Shown piece after piece: positions 35,271 through 40,740 of a stretch of 40,740 nt of DNA (the stretch's first letter is position 1; every line of letters starts with the position of its first letter). Position numbers and translations under genes: made by a program. Location of the stretch: the NCBI GenBank assembly GCA_032718475.1, contig JAUCBJ010007792.1, positions 1-40,740 on the forward strand. Reading direction: 5' to 3'. The notes beneath the pieces are model-generated. The model was given only the letters and a program-made list of their open reading frames with translations. It was not told the origin of the DNA and did no database searches. The stretch comes from Nemertoderma westbladi. Taxonomy: Eukaryota > Animalia > Xenacoelomorpha.

Positions 35271-36936
35271 TTAAACACATCGATAACAATTGAATTCTAT
35301 CGATGCTATATTGACATTAATAAAGTCACGGAATGATTCTGTGCAGGCTCTATGGAACCAACGAGCACAACTATCACACCCAACAGTGCGATCATAATCT
35401 GGAGGGACAAACGGTACCAAACACTGAGCACATTTGTTCTCGTCTATAATGCTCCCCTCAGGCTCACTATCTTCTCCCTCTGCGCTATCATCTCCCCCCT
35501 CATTCTCACAAGCTGGCTCAGTAAGCCCTCCATCTTCATAGGAAAGGAGACTTTCCAAAGTGTCAAGGAGACTACAGACCGATTCCGAATCACTCTCACT
35601 GCTAGACACAGGCGCAGCAACACTCCTTCCTGCCTCCACATTCAATCTTGTACGTTTCAACCACCTGGGTTGACTAGGAGCATTACCCCCTCTCAATTCT
35701 TGTAGCTGATCGATTAGAGCGCCATCTACAGCTGCTCCCGCTACAGCTGGTTCAGGACTGTCCTGGGGCAAACACTTCAAGACCTTATTCCTATCGAGTG
35801 GAAAGATTCCACATGCTCGAAACCCAGAATGAACATTGTTCTCTTTACACCCTTGCTGAATTAAACTATTTAACATCTTCGGGAATTCCTCCTTAGATAG
35901 TGTTTCACCTTTCCTGTCAGCAAATCTACCCATCTTCCAGTCATGGAGTAACTGGCGCCAGATACGCTTCATAGGGCCAAAGAAGGCCTTATCCAGTGGT
36001 TGAGTTAGGTGTGTTGAGTTGCAAGGCAGGCACACGAAATGAATATTGTGTCTCTTACATGCCCGAAGAACATCCTCGTTCAGATGTGATGATAGATTAT
36101 CACCTATCATCACCTTTATTGAACCAATCTCAAGTGATTTAAAATATGGAATAGCAATGGTATTGAACCAGTCAGCAAACACAAATTCATCGAACCAACC
36201 GGGCTTAGTTCGCCCATATCGTGTCCCAGGAGGCCCATCTTGAATCCAGGTATCATAGAGATGGGTAGACCTGTAAACTACATAAGGACTTAATATATGA
36301 CCATCAGCTGCACCTGAAAACATAACGGAAGTGGAGGATTTTAAGTGATCTTTTACAGCTTGTGGATACTTAGTTCCTCAACGAACAATAGATCGCCTTT
36401 TCCCCGGATCGTCTGTAAGATTCGTCTCATCATAATTTATGATGTTAGATGGTGGGATGTCTTTTAATTCGACTTCCAGATTGTCGAAATACTTATTGAT
36501 CACATTGCTATCGACCTCAGCTCGTTTTCTCTTTATATTCTGTGTCAATCTGTACGTCAACTTATTCCGCTTTATGAAACTTCTCATAAATTAATAGCCT
36601 GGAACATTATCGACCGAGGCGATTGAGGTAAGATTGTATTATGACTTGCGCATCAATTAGCGTTAGTGGGAATCCATATTCTGATACAGTGCAGAACCGT
36701 TCGGCCAATATCTGCTCTTCTTGATCCGAAAAGATGCGCGGATGACCAACTTCTCCAAGGTGGCGTTTCTTTATTCGATTTTTCAGAGTGGATCGAGGAA
36801 TATTGTAGTGCCTACTTGCGTCTCGTTGCGTCATTTCCTTGCCTGCTATTTTAGCCAAAGCCTCCTCCAGCTTCTCCTTTGTATATTGGCGGTATTGCCA
36901 TGCACCACACTTCCTTCTCTTTAAATTTGGAGCCAT
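35271..36936 (-). pseudogene. pogo/Tigger-type DDE transposase (psq HTH, CENP-B-type HTH, DDE_1) with C-terminal PHD-like finger, frameshifted
   Basis: YTKEKLEEAL..MTQRDASRHYNIPRSTL; GFPLT; NIINYDETNL; MIGDNLSSH; PCNSTHLTQPLDKAFFGPMK; SGFRACGIFP; CAQC..VGCDSCARWFHRAC..FNCYRC. Confidence 0.9.
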
Positions 36937-37451
36937 GATACAGTATGATATGATATGATAAAGTAGGGTGGTAGAGGTACTGGTAGACAGCAAGCAAGAA
37001 CAACAGGGCTGAAAGAACAACTTTGTAAACTGATAACTGAATAAAGGTTCTCTGTAAAGCCTGTATAGCAATTTGGGCCAAAGTTGGTATTTAATAGCAC
37101 ATTTTCAAAGGCAACTTTACCCACCCTCTAAAATTATAGGAGACAATCAGGGAATCTTAAATTTTAAAAATGGGAACAATATTTATTACCATTAGAACTC
37201 ATCTAGAATAAAAAATTGTCACTGCAATTGATGGTTATGTATCACTGCAGGGTATAGACCTTTCAACCCTACTTTTGCAACACACATTGCACCTTTTTTC
37301 AGGCCTGATTTCTCTACAATTCCCGGAATACCTGATGATGTGCTACATATGCATATGATTGGGCATATGCTAAACTTCATTTACTAATAAAAATACGGTT
37401 TAAAAAAATTAACTTCCAGTCTGAAAACAACGGAACTGCAAAAAAAAAAAT

Positions 37452-37498
37452 TGGGCCAAAGTTGCCCTCATGGGCCAAAGTTGGCAGGGTCTAAGGTA
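37452..37498. repeat. Probable terminal inverted repeat of the pogo element, with repeated TGGGCCAAAGTTG sites
   Basis: TGGGCCAAAGTTG at 37452 and 37471, also at 37074; ends ...CTAAGG|TA. No matching opposite end was found. Confidence 0.55.
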
Positions 37499-37574
37499 CT
37501 TATTATTTATTTATTTTTTTATTTGTACTTACCGTACTTACAGACTTATTTTTATCGCCTGGCTGGCGGGTCCT

Positions 37575-37825
37575 ACGAATTACCGCAAAAGACCGCAAAA
37601 GGCCAAAAAAGACCACAAAAGACCGCACAATACCGCAAAATACTGCAAAAGACCGCAAAATACTGCAAAAGACCGCAAAATACCACAAAAGACTGAAAAA
37701 GACCGCAAAAGAACAGAGAAGGCATGGGTATACTGCAAAGACGAATTACCGCAAAATACAGCAAAATACAGCAAAAGACCGCAAAAGACAGCAACAGACC
37801 ACAAAAGACCGCAAAAGGCCACAAG
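37575..37825. repeat. 10-bp satellite (GACCGCAAAA / TACCGCAAAA)
   Basis: More than 20 degenerate 10-mers in tandem. Confidence 0.9.
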
Positions 37826-38084
37826 GAAGTGAACATTTAGTTTTACAGTACATTTACCTGTTTACAATACAACATTTATTTATTTGATTTTAGCTAAAGT
37901 TCAACAATTATTTTAAAAAAAATTTATTGTTTTAGGTTAGGCCTACAACAGGATGGGACAACAGGCTGATCGGTGAACAAACCAAACCAATAAAGAAGAC
38001 AAGCGATGTGGAAAAAACAAAATACTGTAGTTAAAAAATACTGTAAACGTTTGGTATGGTATGGTCCTACTAACTGTATTCTGT

Positions 38085-38690
38085 ATTGTGGGGCGAGCGA
38101 CGAAAGTAAGCGAGTTAGCATACAGCTGTACAGGTACCACTAACTCAATCGGTGTGTCTGTTGCTCCGTTGATCTGTTGTGTCCAAATTTTAAACGTTAA
38201 TAACTCAGCCAAATGTTAATGAAATTTAACCAAACTTGGTACACATGTAGTCTGGCAAAAGTTTAGAAATTTTCCAAGTTGAATTTCCGTGTGGCCTTCG
38301 AGAAGCTTAGATAATAGCAATTAATTAGTTAATTAAGTTGATTACGGTAAAAACTGCATTTTCAACCTGCCTGTTAAAGGAAATTAATTATTTTACAGTA
38401 TAAGATTTAAATAATTATACTTAAAAATTATACAGATGTAATCCACATACCCCATTCTATTATAGTTTTTAATTAGTTCAAGTGATTTGCTTTAATAAAT
38501 GTGTCTTTAATTGATCTAAACGTAATTAAAGCGGCACAATTATTGAGTACAAATGTAATCCTGCCCATTATTGGTTAACATAGTCTCTGCGGGGGTGTAG
38601 AGCTGCTATCTGGCTGGGAGATGTTGGTGTAGCCTTACCAGAGGCGAATTGTACTGTAATAGGCAGCCAGTAGTATTGCTTTAGTTTATT
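38085..38690 (+). mobile_element. Possible Helentron/DINE-like non-autonomous element
   Basis: gcgagcga..gcgag, gtgtctgt, aataactc..gaaatttaaccaaacttggtacacatg core and a T-rich TTTAGTTT end resemble HINE/DINE layouts. Boundaries are uncertain. Confidence 0.35.
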
Positions 38691-39046
38691 CTGCAATATA
38701 TTTGTCTGGTTATTTTTTAATTGAATTTTTGCAAAGTAGTAAAATTTATGTTCTTAAAAATAATATTATTATTTTATATTTAACCTAGGAAATTATCTAC
38801 ATTTTTTCGCTGCAGCTTTAAGAGTGTACATTGATTTAATATTATTTCAATACCCATATGACTACATCGGCATATGATGCGTTGGCGTTGTATCACACAT
38901 CTCCACATAGATGTATCAGCAGTTACTCGCAAAGTTTCGAAACTTCGCATATTTATAACTGTATAAAGATCGTCAGTCTTGGTTTAGGAAAAATATTTTA
39001 ATGCAAAACAGGACAAGTGCAACGAGGCATATAATGAAGACGAGTA

Positions 39047-40393
39047 CCCCAGCAAAGACACATCTGGCTAATATCCAGCTAAACCCCGCTAGCTTGGTTT
39101 TTAGCGTTTTAATATCCAGCTAATAGCTGGATAATAGTATCCGGCAATTCGCTGGAGAAAATATCCACTAAATATCTGGTAAAAATCCTTGATTTAGCAT
39201 CACTTTAGCGTATGAATAAAACGACCTAATGAATAGCGGGATTTTAGCATCAGTTTAGCATGTAGAGAAGCTAAAACTATCTGAGAGTAGCGGGATTTTA
39301 GCACCAATTTAGTCGCAAAATATAGAAGTAAATAGCGGTGTTCTAGCGACTAAGGGAAGGTGGACGGAGACGTGGGGGGGGGGGGGGGGGGGGGGGGGGG
39401 GAGTTGTACATACTTGACTACGGCGAATTGATATCTCGTCTCATTGTTAAATTATTATGGATAGATATGAATTTTGGTTGCCGTCAGCAACAACCCCCCC
39501 TTTCTGGATGGATAAGGCCATGTGTACAGTAGGCCTATTCCTCCATAACATATGTACAAACATATCCCAGGAAGCAGAAGACATTCGCCAAAGATATTGA
39601 ACATTGACATATGGTTACTTATTCAGTTTTCACCCATGATGTAATAATCTATGAGACAATGTTTAGATTACAGTAGGTACAACATGCCGACATTACCAGT
39701 GAAATACCCCAATTAGCCAATTTGAAATTTTAAAATAATGTAATAACTTTAATCACTAGCCGACATTACCTGAATTTGCAGAAAACTGAAATTATTGGAT
39801 AGATATATGGTTTCTTATCTTTTAAAAATCGATTAAAAGCAGTTTACAATTTATTATTTTTAATAAATTCATAATTATGAATTATCTAATATGGTTGTAA
39901 ATAAGATCAAATATATAGATTTGAATAATCGAATTAATATTTTTTGATGATCGCTTAAAGTTATATAGGATACTCCTAAGTCTAAATGCATTATATATTC
40001 TCGTATTATACTCAAACGATTACATCTCAGTTTGTATAGAGTATTGTAGGTGTAACGCCGTAGGGTGTAGGCATAGGATAGGTTAGGTAGGCTAACCACT
40101 CCCCCCCCCCCCCCCTCCCCCTCCCCATCTCTCCACAGAGTATGCACAAGGAACGCCATGTGATTGGACAATAATTTTTTTTAACCTGGGCAGCTACAAA
40201 TGCCGCTAAATCCTAATATAAATATCCTAATAATAATAACCTAATAAAATAATTATCCCGCTAAAAACGCCGCGATAGCGGGGACCACTTTTACGGCGAT
40301 TATCCGGATATTATCTTATAAAAATAGCGGGATAATAGCAGGATGGTACATCCCGCTATTAGCGTGCTAATCGCTGGATATGTATTTGCTGGG
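39047..40393. mobile_element. Non-autonomous TIR element with CCCAGCAAA termini and subterminal TAGCGGGAT/ATCCCGCTA repeats
   Basis: TA|CCCCAGCAAAGACACATC at 39047 versus GATATGTATTTGCTGGG|TA at 40393; multiple (T)AGC(G/T)GGAT motifs in both orientations near each end. Confidence 0.65.
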
Positions 40394-40740
40394 TACTGTG
40401 TAGACTATATTCCTATTAAGGGATTTTATTTGGAAGGGTGGGGGGGGGGGGGGGGGGGGGGGGGGTGCAGATTAAGACCAAGACCAGACAGTAAGGACCA
40501 GACAGTGAATAATCTTGTGCTATGACAGTGGGGGGGGGGGGGGGGGGGGGGGGGACTGGACCCAAATCCCATCTCGGCGAATTAATATCCCGGCTCAATG
40601 TTAAATTCACAATTTAGGGAAATGAGCAGGTTATAGTGGCGCGTAATTCTTAACCAAAACTGATAAACAACTGCGTCACCTATACTAACAGCAGAACTGT
40701 TGGACAGACAAATACGGGTATACTTCTCTGTCAACCTAAT

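Noticed and set aside
37451-37836. Several short ORFs with repetitive peptides
   Set aside because: They are translations of a 10-bp satellite.
39374-40554. Long poly-G/poly-C runs as functional G-quadruplex elements
   Set aside because: Pure homopolymers recur throughout the window and their lengths are unreliable in assemblies; no supporting context.

Overview
A eukaryotic window, probably from an invertebrate animal (inference), made almost entirely of nested, mostly decayed transposable elements. No host gene is recognisable. From left to right: (i) the end of an LTR inserted into a head-to-head inverted Penelope-like element (Neptune-type RT plus GIY-YIG), with a minimal hammerhead-ribozyme motif further downstream; (ii) a 15.3-kb BEL/Pao LTR retrotransposon (9101-24421, 1185-bp LTRs, GGCTG TSD) inserted into an RTE-like LINE; (iii) a 5.5-kb GalEa-like Copia (26395-31912, GGAAC TSD) inserted into a CRE-like non-LTR element; (iv) a Tc1/mariner-type non-autonomous element, a pogo-type transposase with a C-terminal PHD-like finger, and smaller TIR elements and satellites. 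The BEL/Pao element is the most interesting object. It has no tRNA primer-binding site; instead the 12 nt after the LTR are exactly complementary to a 12-mer inside the LTR, which may indicate Tf1-style self-priming. It also has a covarying RNA structure at the LTR end, duplicated 3' stem-loops, two RFX X-box-like sites and a non-env accessory ORF with candidate zinc ligands and a basic tail. All alignments and foldings were done by eye.
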